Below are positions 42,555 through 52,642 of a stretch of 64,000 bases of DNA, one piece after another. Numbering within the stretch: position 1 is the first letter of the stretch; every line of letters starts with the position of its first letter. Source of the stretch: an uncultured cyanobacterium. GTDB lineage: Bacteria; Cyanobacteriota; Cyanobacteriia; Cyanobacteriales; CAWUOF01. A program made the position numbers and the translations under genes. Location: NCBI GenBank assembly GCA_963744145.1, contig CAVUSO010000001.1, positions 2,848,001 to 2,912,000 on the forward strand, read 5' to 3'. The notes below the pieces were generated by a model. The model did no database searches, was not told the origin of the DNA, and saw nothing but the letters and a program-made list of their open reading frames with translations.

Positions 42555-42639
42555 ATAGGACAACTCAGGACTCAGGATTTGATGTTCAGTGTCTCTGAAT
42601 ATTTATGATTCTGAATTCTGGGTCTTTAAATTGGAGATT

Positions 42640-42963
42640 TTAAATTTGGTTTTCTAATTCGGACTTCATCCGTTCTAAAGTTTGGTGCATTTGCTCAAAC
42701 ATTTTCTGTGGTGTCATCCCAAATTGCCCTAACTGGGTTTTGAGCTGTTCCACCGTCATTTGGGCCATAAAATCCTCAGATAACTCGAAGCGTTTCATAA
42801 AAATTTGATAACGCTCCATCATTTCTTCCATCCGATCAATAAACAGTTTTTTGCCCTCACGGTCAAATTTACCGTAGTTAGTCCCTATTTGGATTAGGGC
42901 TTGATAGTCTTCAAAAAGCTGCTTGGCTTCTTGTTGTAAGATTTCTGAATCAAAAAATCCCAT
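42640..42963 (-). CDS. DUF1825-family protein
   Basis: MGFFDSEI..QEAKQLFEDY…KFDREGK…KRFELSEDF. Confidence 0.88.
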   Translation of the reverse strand: MGFFDSEILQQEAKQLFEDYQALIQIGTNYGKFDREGKKLFIDRMEEMMERYQIFMKRFELSEDFMAQMTVEQLKTQLGQFGMTPQKMFEQMHQTLERMKSELENQI

Positions 42964-43181
42964 TGCCTTTTTATGTTTGACTCAACTACTTGCCCCTTAG
43001 GACTGGGAGTTTAGCTCCTCTTGGTCTTATTTTAATTCAGTCCTACTTCTATTTTGATACGGATTCCCTCACCATGAAGGGTCTATTCTTAGATCATATA
43101 ATAGGTTTTTCATGTAATTACACAAAATCCTCAGTTAAGATAACTTTTGTTTTTTAACTTTACCCCCATGATCACGCTAGA

Positions 43182-43568
43182 ATGTTAAGCAATCCGAAAA
43201 ATCGCAAAATAGCTGCTATTCTCGCTTTAGCTGGTGCGATCGTACCAGTATCTGGGTTCCATAAATTTTATTTAGGTCAAATCCGCTGGGGTTTGGTCTA
43301 TGTGCTATTGTCTTGGACTCCGATTCCCCATATTGCTAGTGGGATTGAAGCAGTTTGGTATTTAATTCAAGATCGGGATGAATTTGACCGTCTGTTTAAT
43401 TTTGATGTTGTTCCCCCTCCTTTCCCAGTCAAAGATGATCCGATTGGTCAAATTAATCAGGTAAATGCGATCGCTGATGCGGTCCGTCAATTAGAACAGT
43501 TGCGGCAAGATGGTTTAATGTCAGAATATGAGTTTGAACAAAAGCGTCGTCAGTTGTTAGACCTTTGA
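43182..43568 (+). CDS. TM2/NINE-domain protein with C-terminal SHOCT
   Basis: KIAAILA…GFHKFYLGQ; C-terminal LRQDGLMSEYEFEQKRRQLL. Confidence 0.88.
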   Translation: MLSNPKNRKIAAILALAGAIVPVSGFHKFYLGQIRWGLVYVLLSWTPIPHIASGIEAVWYLIQDRDEFDRLFNFDVVPPPFPVKDDPIGQINQVNAIADAVRQLEQLRQDGLMSEYEFEQKRRQLLDL

Positions 43569-43582
43569 TCTAAAAATGTTTT

Positions 43583-44119
43583 ATGTCATTTCTTGATTCC
43601 CTCTTCATGGTCGCTAAACGTCGTTCGATTCAAAATCGGATTGTGAATAATCCCTATTATCGGCTCCAATCGATTGAGGAAATTGCTGTCGCGGCTGAAT
43701 TAGGGATGAAAATTGATGTTAATCAAGCTACTGTTGATGATTGGTTGAAATTACCCGGTTTATCAATTCATCAAGCTCGTTCACTAGCAAATTTAACTGT
43801 TAATGGTGTACAATTTCATTCCCTCGAAGATATTGCGGCTGTTTTAAGTTTACCAGTAGGAAAATTAAAATATTTAGAACCTCTATTGAATTTTTATTAT
43901 TATGACAAGGATAGTATTTATTCTCCTACACAGATTAATCCCAATCAGGTCTCGGCTGAGATTTTAAGTCAAATTCCCGTCATTGATTTAGACCTAGCGA
44001 TCGCGATCGTTCAAAATCGCGATCGGTTCGGACTTTACCGTAATTTAGCTGATCTCCAACAACGTCTTACTCTTTCTAGTCAATTAACTGGACAGTTAAT
44101 TCCTTATCTACGTTTTTAG
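43583..44119 (+). CDS. ComEA-like helix-hairpin-helix DNA-binding protein
   Basis: IDVNQATVDDWLKLPGL and a second INPNQVS..LSQIP HhH repeat. Confidence 0.85.
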   Translation: MSFLDSLFMVAKRRSIQNRIVNNPYYRLQSIEEIAVAAELGMKIDVNQATVDDWLKLPGLSIHQARSLANLTVNGVQFHSLEDIAAVLSLPVGKLKYLEPLLNFYYYDKDSIYSPTQINPNQVSAEILSQIPVIDLDLAIAIVQNRDRFGLYRNLADLQQRLTLSSQLTGQLIPYLRF

Positions 44120-44140
44120 AGTAACCTACTTCTGAACCAG

Positions 44141-46303
44141 TTAAATATTGATACTTTGAGGAATTCGGGAAGGGAGCAAAAACTCGTAAGGTATCAAGCG
44201 ATCGGGATGACGATTTCGGTCATTAATTATGGTTTCAGCTGCTTGTAAATTAGCATGGAATTTCGTCAAAGCATCTGGTAATTGAGGATTTTCTGGAAAT
44301 GCGGATGGGGAATACTTACCAATTTTGGTGTAATTGACAGAACCGAGTAAATAAAGCATATTTAGCTGATGTTTAGCTTGACTTAGGGAAGGTAAACCTT
44401 TGATAAAACTATCAGAATCCTTGGGATTTGTTGGAGCTGGAATATAACGAGCAAAAGGAAATGCTGGTGTATATATCATTAACCCTTCTTGAGAAAAGTT
44501 AACTGCTGCGTGTTGAGCACTCGCTGTAAAAATAAGTGTTGAGACTGCTTTAACTAAATAATCTCTGGTTTGAATTGCTCCTTTTCCATTGTCACCAAAA
44601 TTTTGTAACCGTCCTCCTTTCCAGTCAACTAATGTTGATGCCCAATTTTGTAAGTCTCGATCTTTCTGAACTGATGAATCATCATGGTAGTAGATGCTGA
44701 AATAATCCCGAACCCAACTTTCGATCGCATTCCAAATTAATAATCCATCATCTCGGTAAGGATAAGTTGGTAGTTGGTTAGGATCAGTTACACCTCGATT
44801 AGCTAAGGTTTGGGGAAATGAAATTTCATTAAAGTTCAACAAATAACTTTGTGTCCCTTTAGCTGAGAGAGATTGGTCGTTACCAATGCTGCTAGCTAAT
44901 AGGGAGTCTACTGTACCCTCGGGTGCAACTAACATTGCATGAGCCCCATAATTGATCAGCAAAGTTCCCTCTAAATGAGGGATCAGAATTGTCCTTAAAG
45001 GATGATTTTCAGGTAAGTTATAAGTAGGAACAATAAAAGGTTCCACAACTAAGTGTGTACGTCCCAAGTGACTGACGAGTTCATGATAGTTAGAGTCGGT
45101 CATTTGGACTATGTTTTTAGCAGTCATCCAAGATTCCCCGTCTAGAGGGGTAAATAAAGTCCATTTAGAGCTAATGGAATTTTCGGGATAACTGATAGCT
45201 ACGGGAAATAAAGACCGAGATTGACTACCCGCAGGAGGGACAGCAAATAGTGCTACTGTTGGAGCAATATATTTTTGCTGTTCCAAATCTTTGCTAATAA
45301 AAGAACCATTGACTAAGCTATTTAAGAGACTATAGTCTGCAATGTAAAGACGACCATCATGTAGAGCTGAAGTTAGCGAATCAGTGACTCCAAATATTTT
45401 TGCTATTTGAGAGTATAGTTCAACCGTAACGGGTAAACGGGAATCAGTGCTTTGTAATTGCTGAATTACTAGAGGGTTTGGACCAGCTACCTGTAGATAA
45501 GCAAAGATCAGGTCTTGTTGAAATTTATCCGCAATGATCGGTTTGTTAATAATTTGAAATTGCTCTTGGTAATCCTCAAGCGTAGGAGATTTTTGAGTAG
45601 ATTCTGAACTACTGGAAATTTTACTATCAGCTAGTTCTGCTATTTTGGTAATGTGGATAATGATTTCTTTCAGATGAGCGATCGACTTTTTTTCAAGCGA
45701 TTCTAACTCATGGAAAACTTCTTGGATAATTCCAGATATTTTGTTTTCAGCTTCATGGAAAGAATTTTTAATTGTTTCCACCCAGCTTTCTTCCTCAGAT
45801 TGTTGCTGAGGAAGTTCTTGGTATTGACGTTCAATTTCCAGCTCTTGGTCAATTGCATTTAAATCTAACAGTAGTTCTTCAACGACATTGCTTAAAATTT
45901 TGTGAGTTTCTATTTCCTGCAATTCGCTCTCAATAGTAGCTAATTTAGTTTCAACTTTATTCTTGATCTCAGCAAACCTTTTGGTCGAATTAGGATTTTG
46001 GTAGAGATAGCTATTGAACACTATAACCACCAGAGCAACTATTACCTTAATAATCCACTCCAACTTAGGAAATTGACCTTTGGGTAGATTTGGTAAAGAA
46101 AAAAGACCAAGTTTTTCTTCTGGCACATTTGTGAGTGCCAACGGCTTGAGATAGCTGTAATTATATTCATATTTAGTATGAAAAAAGCTATGTCGCTGGA
46201 TATATAAAGCTACTAAAAATGCTCCTAATTTGACTAGATGAACGGAAGGTTTTTTTTCACTATCTGAGTACAATGAAAAATTTGCCGTTAGGATACTGGA
46301 CAT
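44141..46303 (-). CDS. Lipoxygenase
   Basis: AGPNP, W..AK, HELVSHLGRTH, YPYRDDG, QHAAVNF, C-terminal IPQSINI; ATG at 46303. Confidence 0.95.
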   Translation of the reverse strand: MSSILTANFSLYSDSEKKPSVHLVKLGAFLVALYIQRHSFFHTKYEYNYSYLKPLALTNVPEEKLGLFSLPNLPKGQFPKLEWIIKVIVALVVIVFNSYLYQNPNSTKRFAEIKNKVETKLATIESELQEIETHKILSNVVEELLLDLNAIDQELEIERQYQELPQQQSEEESWVETIKNSFHEAENKISGIIQEVFHELESLEKKSIAHLKEIIIHITKIAELADSKISSSSESTQKSPTLEDYQEQFQIINKPIIADKFQQDLIFAYLQVAGPNPLVIQQLQSTDSRLPVTVELYSQIAKIFGVTDSLTSALHDGRLYIADYSLLNSLVNGSFISKDLEQQKYIAPTVALFAVPPAGSQSRSLFPVAISYPENSISSKWTLFTPLDGESWMTAKNIVQMTDSNYHELVSHLGRTHLVVEPFIVPTYNLPENHPLRTILIPHLEGTLLINYGAHAMLVAPEGTVDSLLASSIGNDQSLSAKGTQSYLLNFNEISFPQTLANRGVTDPNQLPTYPYRDDGLLIWNAIESWVRDYFSIYYHDDSSVQKDRDLQNWASTLVDWKGGRLQNFGDNGKGAIQTRDYLVKAVSTLIFTASAQHAAVNFSQEGLMIYTPAFPFARYIPAPTNPKDSDSFIKGLPSLSQAKHQLNMLYLLGSVNYTKIGKYSPSAFPENPQLPDALTKFHANLQAAETIINDRNRHPDRLIPYEFLLPSRIPQSINI

Positions 46304-46614
46304 TTTTTTCTTTCCATTATAAAATTTCCTGCCGATTCTATCACGATCGCCAAACTCACGCAACTATCAAGATTAAATCTAGTTAAAGGATTTGTTAGAC
46401 TTTTTGCTATGGATTGATCCCTCACAATGTAAATATATTTGAATAATTATTAACAAAATTATAAATATTGCTTGGGGTATGTTACAATAATTCTCTTTTG
46501 CTACTATGGTCTGACACAATACATAAAATATCATCAGGGTAAATAGCATTTATTGACGCTGATATTCCCCACTGCTTTATTATATTGAAGAGAAATATAT
46601 TTAAGCTTCAGCCG

Positions 46615-47256
46615 ATGTTACTTCGACCAGACGATCGCACTAAGTTAGACGATACCGATGATACTCTATTTTATTCCTTTCCCCGCTTTGTCACCCATGT
46701 GGATGAGGGATTTATGCAACAATTGACTCAATTATATCGCGATCGACTTAAACCGAATACTCGGATTTTTGATCTAATGAGTAGTTGGGTATCTCATCTT
46801 CCGGAAGAAATAAAATTTGCTCATGTTGAGGGACATGGTTTAAATGAAGAAGAATTAGCTAAAAATCCTCGTTTAAATCATTATTTCGTTCAAAATCTCA
46901 ATCAAAATCCCCAGATTCCTTTACCGGATCAGGATTTTGATGCTGTTATTAATTGTGTTTCGATTCAATATTTACAATATCCGGATGCGATATTTTCGGA
47001 AATTTACCGGATTCTTAAACCAGGTGGAATTGCAATTATTAGTTTTTCCAATCGGATGTTTTACCAAAAAGCGATCGCGATTTGGAGAGATAATTCAGAA
47101 GCTAACCGAGTCGAATTAGTCCAGAACTATTTTAAATCTGTATCAGGATTTAGTCAACCAGAGGTGATTATTCATAAGTCTAATTTTCCGAGTTTTTTAC
47201 AATTTTTAGGGACTGGTGGTGATCCTTTCTATGCGGTCATTGCTACTCGGATGTAA
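46615..47256 (+). CDS. Class I SAM-dependent methyltransferase (type 11-like)
   Basis: FYSFPRFVTHVD, DLMSSWVSHLP, GLNEEEL, FSNRMF; ATG at 46615. Confidence 0.9.
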   Translation: MLLRPDDRTKLDDTDDTLFYSFPRFVTHVDEGFMQQLTQLYRDRLKPNTRIFDLMSSWVSHLPEEIKFAHVEGHGLNEEELAKNPRLNHYFVQNLNQNPQIPLPDQDFDAVINCVSIQYLQYPDAIFSEIYRILKPGGIAIISFSNRMFYQKAIAIWRDNSEANRVELVQNYFKSVSGFSQPEVIIHKSNFPSFLQFLGTGGDPFYAVIATRM

Positions 47257-47281
47257 CCAGAAATTTAATCTGATTATAGCG
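47239..47281 (+). repeat. 43-bp direct repeat, left copy
   Basis: attgctactcggatgtaaccagaaatttaatctgattatagcg, identical to 48750-48792. Confidence 0.92.
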
Positions 47282-48280
47282 CAATCGAGTTCAGTTAACT
47301 GTTGGTTGCATAGATTGAGGGCAAAGCATTTCGGTCATATTATTCTGAGTTTCAGCCATCATTTATGCGCCGAAATGCTTTGCCCCTACAAGGAACTGAA
47401 CTGGATTGGTATTTAATCAGCGATCGCTGGCAGATCAATCGGGTGTAGGGGCGAAGCATTCGGGCGATAATTTATCACTAAAATCGACTAATATTAGATC
47501 CGAATGCTTCGCCCTTCTTCTGCGCCGAGTTCCCAAAAAATTCTTAACTGAATGTATTGTAATATCTAGTTGATCTGTTGGTTGCATAGATTGAGGGCAA
47601 AGCATTTCGGTCATATTATTCTGAGTTTCAGCCATCATTTATGCGCCGAAATGCTTTGCCCCTACAAGAAACTGAACTGGATTGGTATTTAATCAGCGAT
47701 CGCTGGCAGATCAATCGGGTGTAGGGGCGAAGCATTCGGGCGATAATTTATCACTAAAATCGACTAATATTAATCCGAATGCTTCGCCCTTCTTCTGCGC
47801 CGAGCTCCCAAAAAGTTCTTAACTGAATGGATTGTAATATCTAGTTGATCTGTTGGTTGCATAGATTGAGGGCAAAGCATTTCGGTCATATTATTCTGAG
47901 TTTCAGCCATCATTTATGCGCCGAAATGCTTTGCCCCTACAAGAAACTGAACTGGATTGGTATTTAATCAGCGATCGCTGGCAGATCAATCGGGTGTAGG
48001 GGCGAAGCATTCGGGCGATAATTTATCACTAAAATCGACTAATATTAGATCCGAATGCTTCGCCCTTCTTCTGCGCCGAGTTCCCAAAAAATTCTTAACT
48101 GAATGTATTGTAATATCTAGTTGATCTGTTGGTTGCATAGATTGAGGGCAAAGCATTTCGGTCATATTATTCTGAGTTTCAGCCATCATTTATGCGCCGA
48201 AATGCTTTGCCCCTACAAGAAACTGAACTGGATTGGTATTTAATCAGCGATCGCTTGCCGATCAATGGGATGTAGGGGCG
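47282..48280. repeat. Tandem ~276-bp units (about 3.6 copies), each with two REP-like hairpins
   Basis: ctgttggttgcatag at 47299, 47575, 47850, 48126; hairpins gggcaaagcatttcgg…ccgaaatgctttgcccctac and gtaggggcgaagcattcgg…ccgaatgcttcgccc. Confidence 0.92.
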
Positions 48281-48307
48281 TTCGCGACAGCGTGCCGTAG
48301 GCATATG

Positions 48308-48749
48308 TTAGATTCTATAGAAGAGAAAAGAGAAGCAACCCGGTTTCACATCCCGATGGACTCGACGTTTCGGTTCTTGATGTAAATAAACCAATGCAGC
48401 ACCGATTTCCTTGACTATTTTCTCTACTTCTTCCTCCCTTAACACCCCTTTCTCTAGACGTTTCCCTAGTGTTTCTGCTCCTAATTCCATTACTAAATAC
48501 AAAAGTTTTATTCCCTTAATTGTAGTTTCCCCCGGTGCAAAACAACGGATTAAATTCGGATGCTCTAAATTTACTGCTGCTATTAATTCTTCTAATTGTT
48601 TTTGCTGATTTTGCTGATCTCCTTCAGGTAAAATTAGCTTGACTGCTACTTCCCGCATCACCCGATCGCCCACTACTTCATCAGCACGGAAAACTGCCCC
48701 ATATCCGCCCACTCCTAAGAGTTTTTTCCGGTAATATTTTCCGTCAATA
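48308..48749 (-). pseudogene. Truncated Ser/Thr protein kinase fragment (subdomains I-VIb)
   Basis: IDGKYYRKKLLGVGGYGAVF, VAVK, LEHPNL, LVME, HRDVKP then breaks off; no DFG/APE; 5' end cut at the direct repeat. Confidence 0.85.
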
Positions 48750-48792
48750 ATTGCTACTCGGATGTAACCAGAAATTTAATCTGATTATAGCG
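48750..48792 (+). repeat. 43-bp direct repeat, right copy
   Basis: Identical to 47239-47281. Confidence 0.92.
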
Positions 48793-49657
48793 GTTGATTT
48801 AACCAACTCCGAGTCCCAAAAAACTTACATGAATGGGAAGCAATTTTAGCTGATGAATCTAAAGCTTCGAGAAAATTTTGGTGGAGAATATAATGACAAA
48901 AAGCACCATGAAAGATATCCCCAGCTCCTAAAGTATCTACAGCATTAATTGGGGAGACTTCTAAGCTCTTAATCTGGTTATTACTCAGATATTGCATCGG
49001 GTTTTCTCCCTGAGTAATCCCAATATAGGGAATATTAAAATTGGCAAGATAGTTAAATGTATCTGCTGGACTATGACAATTAGGAGGATAAAAATGAGCC
49101 GAACATAAAGCATAATCAACATGAGTAAAAAGTTGCTCAAACCCAGGTTTCCAAGTTCCACCATCCACCACTACTGGAATTTGATGAGTTTGAGCTAATT
49201 TAGCGATCGCAATTCCGATTTGCATTTGATGTCCATCAATCATGACAATATCAACATTGTCTAAAATATCAGGAGGAATATCTTGATCACTAATTTGACA
49301 TTTAGTAGCATTAATCGAGATTACCGCTCGTTCTCCAGTAGCTTTAGTCACAATAATTGAAGAAACTGGAGGAGGATCAGATTTACTGGGAGCCAGATCA
49401 ACAATATTTACTCGATGATGATCTAAATCAGCTCGAATTAAATGAGTAATATCGTGTTTTCCTAATACACCCAATAAAGTAGCGCGATCGCCCATTTGAG
49501 CAAAAGTTACTCCAGCATTTGTTGCTGGACCTCCCGCAGCGACAGTATAATCATCAGCAACTATTTTTTGATTAGGATTGGGGGTATTAGCTGCTAGATA
49601 AATAAAGTCTAATGTGATTAATCCTACAAACAGTCCATGCTTAGGCATAAGTATCAT
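48785..49657 (-). CDS. PfkB-family carbohydrate kinase
   Basis: GGPATNA and VDTLGAGDIFHG motifs. Confidence 0.93.
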   Translation of the reverse strand: MILMPKHGLFVGLITLDFIYLAANTPNPNQKIVADDYTVAAGGPATNAGVTFAQMGDRATLLGVLGKHDITHLIRADLDHHRVNIVDLAPSKSDPPPVSSIIVTKATGERAVISINATKCQISDQDIPPDILDNVDIVMIDGHQMQIGIAIAKLAQTHQIPVVVDGGTWKPGFEQLFTHVDYALCSAHFYPPNCHSPADTFNYLANFNIPYIGITQGENPMQYLSNNQIKSLEVSPINAVDTLGAGDIFHGAFCHYILHQNFLEALDSSAKIASHSCKFFGTRSWLNQPL

Positions 49658-49729
49658 AGATCAGATGTTAGATTTCAGATTGTATCATTGATCAGGTTTC
49701 AAGTTTGATTTTTGACATTTAACATCGAT

Positions 49730-51370
49730 TCAAAAAACACTTTCCTCATTACCAAAATCATCATCATCATTTTCCCCATCATCACCATCACCATTATTAT
49801 GCTCAATCAGAGTTGGTGGACCAGGAATTGCTGCGACAATTGCATCTAAAACTTTAGCAACAGGAATAATTTCTAAACCTAAATCAGGAGGAATTTGTCC
49901 TTTAGGAATAATTGCTCGTTTAAAACCAAGTTTAGCTGCTTCACGAAGACGCAATTCTAACTGTGAAACTTGACGCACTTGACCACCTAATCCCACTTCT
50001 CCAATTAAAACTGTATAGGGATTAACAATCCGATCGCGAAAACTAGCAACCACCGCGATCGCAATTCCTAAATCAGCAGCAGGTTCTTGAACAGTAATTC
50101 CTCCGACAGAAGCAACATAAGTATCTAATTTAGATAAAGGTACACCTACCCGTTTTTCTAATACTGCTAAAATTTGGACTAATCGATTACTATCTACACC
50201 CGTAGTGGAACGACGGGGAGATCCGAAACTAGCAGGACTAACTAGAGCTTGGAGTTCTACGACGATCGGACGAGTTCCTTCACAAGCAACAATAGTAGAA
50301 CTACCAGAAACAAACTCATCCCGACTACCTAAAAATAACTCCGAAGGATTAGCAATTTCCCGTAAACCGTTAGCGACCATTTCAAATACACCAATTTCAT
50401 GGGTAGCACCAAAACGGTTTTTCATCGATCGCAACAGTCGATGACTCGCAAAACGATCTCCTTCAAAAAATAATACCGTATCTACTAAGTGTTCTAATAC
50501 TCTTGGTCCAGCGATCGCACCTTCTTTAGTAACATGACCGACAATAAACAGAGTAATATTCTCTCGCTTGGCTACTTGCATGAGGGCTGAAGTACATTCC
50601 CGAACTTGAGCAACTGATCCGGGAGCAGAGGTTAAACTGGGAAAAAAGATAGTCTGAATACTGTCAATTACAGCTAAATTTGGTTTGAGGGATTCCAACT
50701 CTCGCAGAATTTCTTCCAGATTAGTTTCTGGTAACAAGTAAAAATTGGGATCTGCATTAGGAGTTACAGATTTGAGATTTTGAATTTTCGACTTGGAATG
50801 CTCAAAATGTACAACTGCTCCGTTTTCTGTCGGTGATGGGATAACTCCATTGTCCGGTTCCTCTGGGTGATTAGTTTCTTCTTCAGCCTGAATATTTGCT
50901 TGATAAACCTGTAAACGTTGAGCGCGTAATTTAATTTGTTGTCCCGATTCTTCCCCACTGACATAAAGAATACGAGAAGTGTAGGACAATTGATTGGCTA
51001 CTTGAAGGAGTAGAGTCGATTTACCAATACCCGGTTCACCACCAATCAACACTAAGGAACCAGGAACAATTCCACCCCCTAACACCCGATCTAATTCAGC
51101 AAAACCAGAGGGACAACGAGCAACAGCTTGATCAGCAATCTGAGATAACTTAAAAGACGATCGGGGTTGAGCTGAGGACTTATCCGTTGATTGTCCCCCC
51201 TCCTTCATCCAAGTGCTATCCTTTAAACTGGGTCGAGTCGGAAAAGTAGTTCCAGTAGTAGTCTGCTCGATCAAAGAATCCCAGCTTTGACAATCAGTAC
51301 ACTTACCAAACCATTGGGAAAACTCGGCTCCACATTGGTTACAAACATATACAATTCGTGGCTTGGCCAT
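49730..51370 (-). CDS. radA: DNA repair protein RadA/Sms
   Basis: C4 zinc finger, GEPGIGKST, KNRFG, Lon-like C-terminus. Confidence 0.98.
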   Translation of the reverse strand: MAKPRIVYVCNQCGAEFSQWFGKCTDCQSWDSLIEQTTTGTTFPTRPSLKDSTWMKEGGQSTDKSSAQPRSSFKLSQIADQAVARCPSGFAELDRVLGGGIVPGSLVLIGGEPGIGKSTLLLQVANQLSYTSRILYVSGEESGQQIKLRAQRLQVYQANIQAEEETNHPEEPDNGVIPSPTENGAVVHFEHSKSKIQNLKSVTPNADPNFYLLPETNLEEILRELESLKPNLAVIDSIQTIFFPSLTSAPGSVAQVRECTSALMQVAKRENITLFIVGHVTKEGAIAGPRVLEHLVDTVLFFEGDRFASHRLLRSMKNRFGATHEIGVFEMVANGLREIANPSELFLGSRDEFVSGSSTIVACEGTRPIVVELQALVSPASFGSPRRSTTGVDSNRLVQILAVLEKRVGVPLSKLDTYVASVGGITVQEPAADLGIAIAVVASFRDRIVNPYTVLIGEVGLGGQVRQVSQLELRLREAAKLGFKRAIIPKGQIPPDLGLEIIPVAKVLDAIVAAIPGPPTLIEHNNGDGDDGENDDDDFGNEESVF

Positions 51371-51543
51371 TATCTAATTTTATGATGGACACCCGCTCTA
51401 GTCATGAGACAAATCTTAAAAAAGGCTGAAATTAAGTCTTGGTAGGTATTCTAATGCGATCGCTCCCCCATAAAAAAGCACTAAGCTAATGATAGAGTAT
51501 TAAAAATTCATATAGAAAGTCCTCACTAGGAGCTTTGAGTAAG

Positions 51544-52275
51544 TTGGAAACCAACAAGGAAAAAATACTGGTAGTTGATGACGAAGCAAGCATCCGACGC
51601 ATTTTGGAAACTCGTCTCTCAATGATTGGCTACGATGTTGTGACCGCAGCAGACGGAGAAGAAGCGCTTGACACTTTTCGCAAGACCGTTCCTGATTTAG
51701 TAGTTCTAGATGTAATGATGCCAAAACTTGATGGCTATGGTGTTTGTCAAGAACTGCGAAAAGAGTCAGATGTGCCCATTATTATGCTAACTGCTTTGGG
51801 AGATGTGGCGGATCGGATTACCGGACTAGAATTAGGTGCAGATGACTATGTGGTTAAACCCTTTTCACCCAAAGAACTCGAAGCTCGGATTCGTTCAGTC
51901 TTACGTCGGGTCGAAAAAACCAGTCCTTCGGGGATTCCCAGTTCGGGGGTAATTCAGGTCACCAGTCTCAAAATTGATACCAATAAGCGTCAAGTCTATA
52001 AAGGAGATGAGCGGATTCGACTCACAGGAATGGAATTTAGTCTCCTCGAACTTTTAGTTAGTCGTTCCGGTGAACCTTTTTCTCGTTCAGAAATTCTCCA
52101 AGAAGTGTGGGGATATACTCCCGAACGTCACGTTGATACAAGAGTGGTAGATGTTCACATTTCTCGTCTGAGAGCTAAGTTAGAAGATGACCCTAGTAAT
52201 CCAGAACTAATTCTCACCGCTCGCGGTACAGGATATCTGTTTCAACGGATTATAGAACCGGGAGAAGTTGGCTAA
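51544..52275 (+). CDS. rpaB: OmpR-family response regulator RpaB
   Basis: KEKILVVDDEASIRRILETRLSMIGY…WGYTPERHVDTRVVDVHISRLR; TTG 51544 lies 11 nt after AGGAG (track uses 51535). Confidence 0.93.
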   Translation: METNKEKILVVDDEASIRRILETRLSMIGYDVVTAADGEEALDTFRKTVPDLVVLDVMMPKLDGYGVCQELRKESDVPIIMLTALGDVADRITGLELGADDYVVKPFSPKELEARIRSVLRRVEKTSPSGIPSSGVIQVTSLKIDTNKRQVYKGDERIRLTGMEFSLLELLVSRSGEPFSRSEILQEVWGYTPERHVDTRVVDVHISRLRAKLEDDPSNPELILTARGTGYLFQRIIEPGEVG

Positions 52276-52460
52276 AATCTTTTGAATATCTCATACTAAG
52301 TTTATATAAAGCTGCATAAAATTTACATGGCTAAAATTAGTTAGCTCTTTTTTTTTGTGATTACCTGCTTAAGTATGAGAGGAGTTATTGCGCGAATTCT
52401 TGAGAGATTGACCTCTCCCTCAACCTCTCTCCTAAAAGGCTATACATTAGTCACATCTTT

Positions 52461-52579
52461 CTCAATACGGTTCGTTTAAGGATATTTTGGGAGATATCGA
52501 CGCAGAAGAAGGGTTTACCCTGAGCGTTCAATTGTCGCTAAACATGCTTCACCCCTACAATTAACCGAGCCGTATTGAG
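52461..52579. mobile_element. MITE-like element with degenerate REP interior
   Basis: Terminal IR ctcaatacggttcgtttaa…ttaaccgagccgtattgag; interior resembles 32408-32558. Confidence 0.65.
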
Positions 52580-52642
52580 TCCACTAGAAAGTATAGCGAT
52601 CGCCTTGACCAACTTGAGAGCGATCGCCACCACCACAGCGGC

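Noticed and set aside
47282..48280. Possible CRISPR array, or duplicated 67-aa genes (47435, 47986)
   Set aside because: Tandem REP units with near-identical interiors; the ORFs are by-products of the repeat and the middle unit has a 1-bp indel
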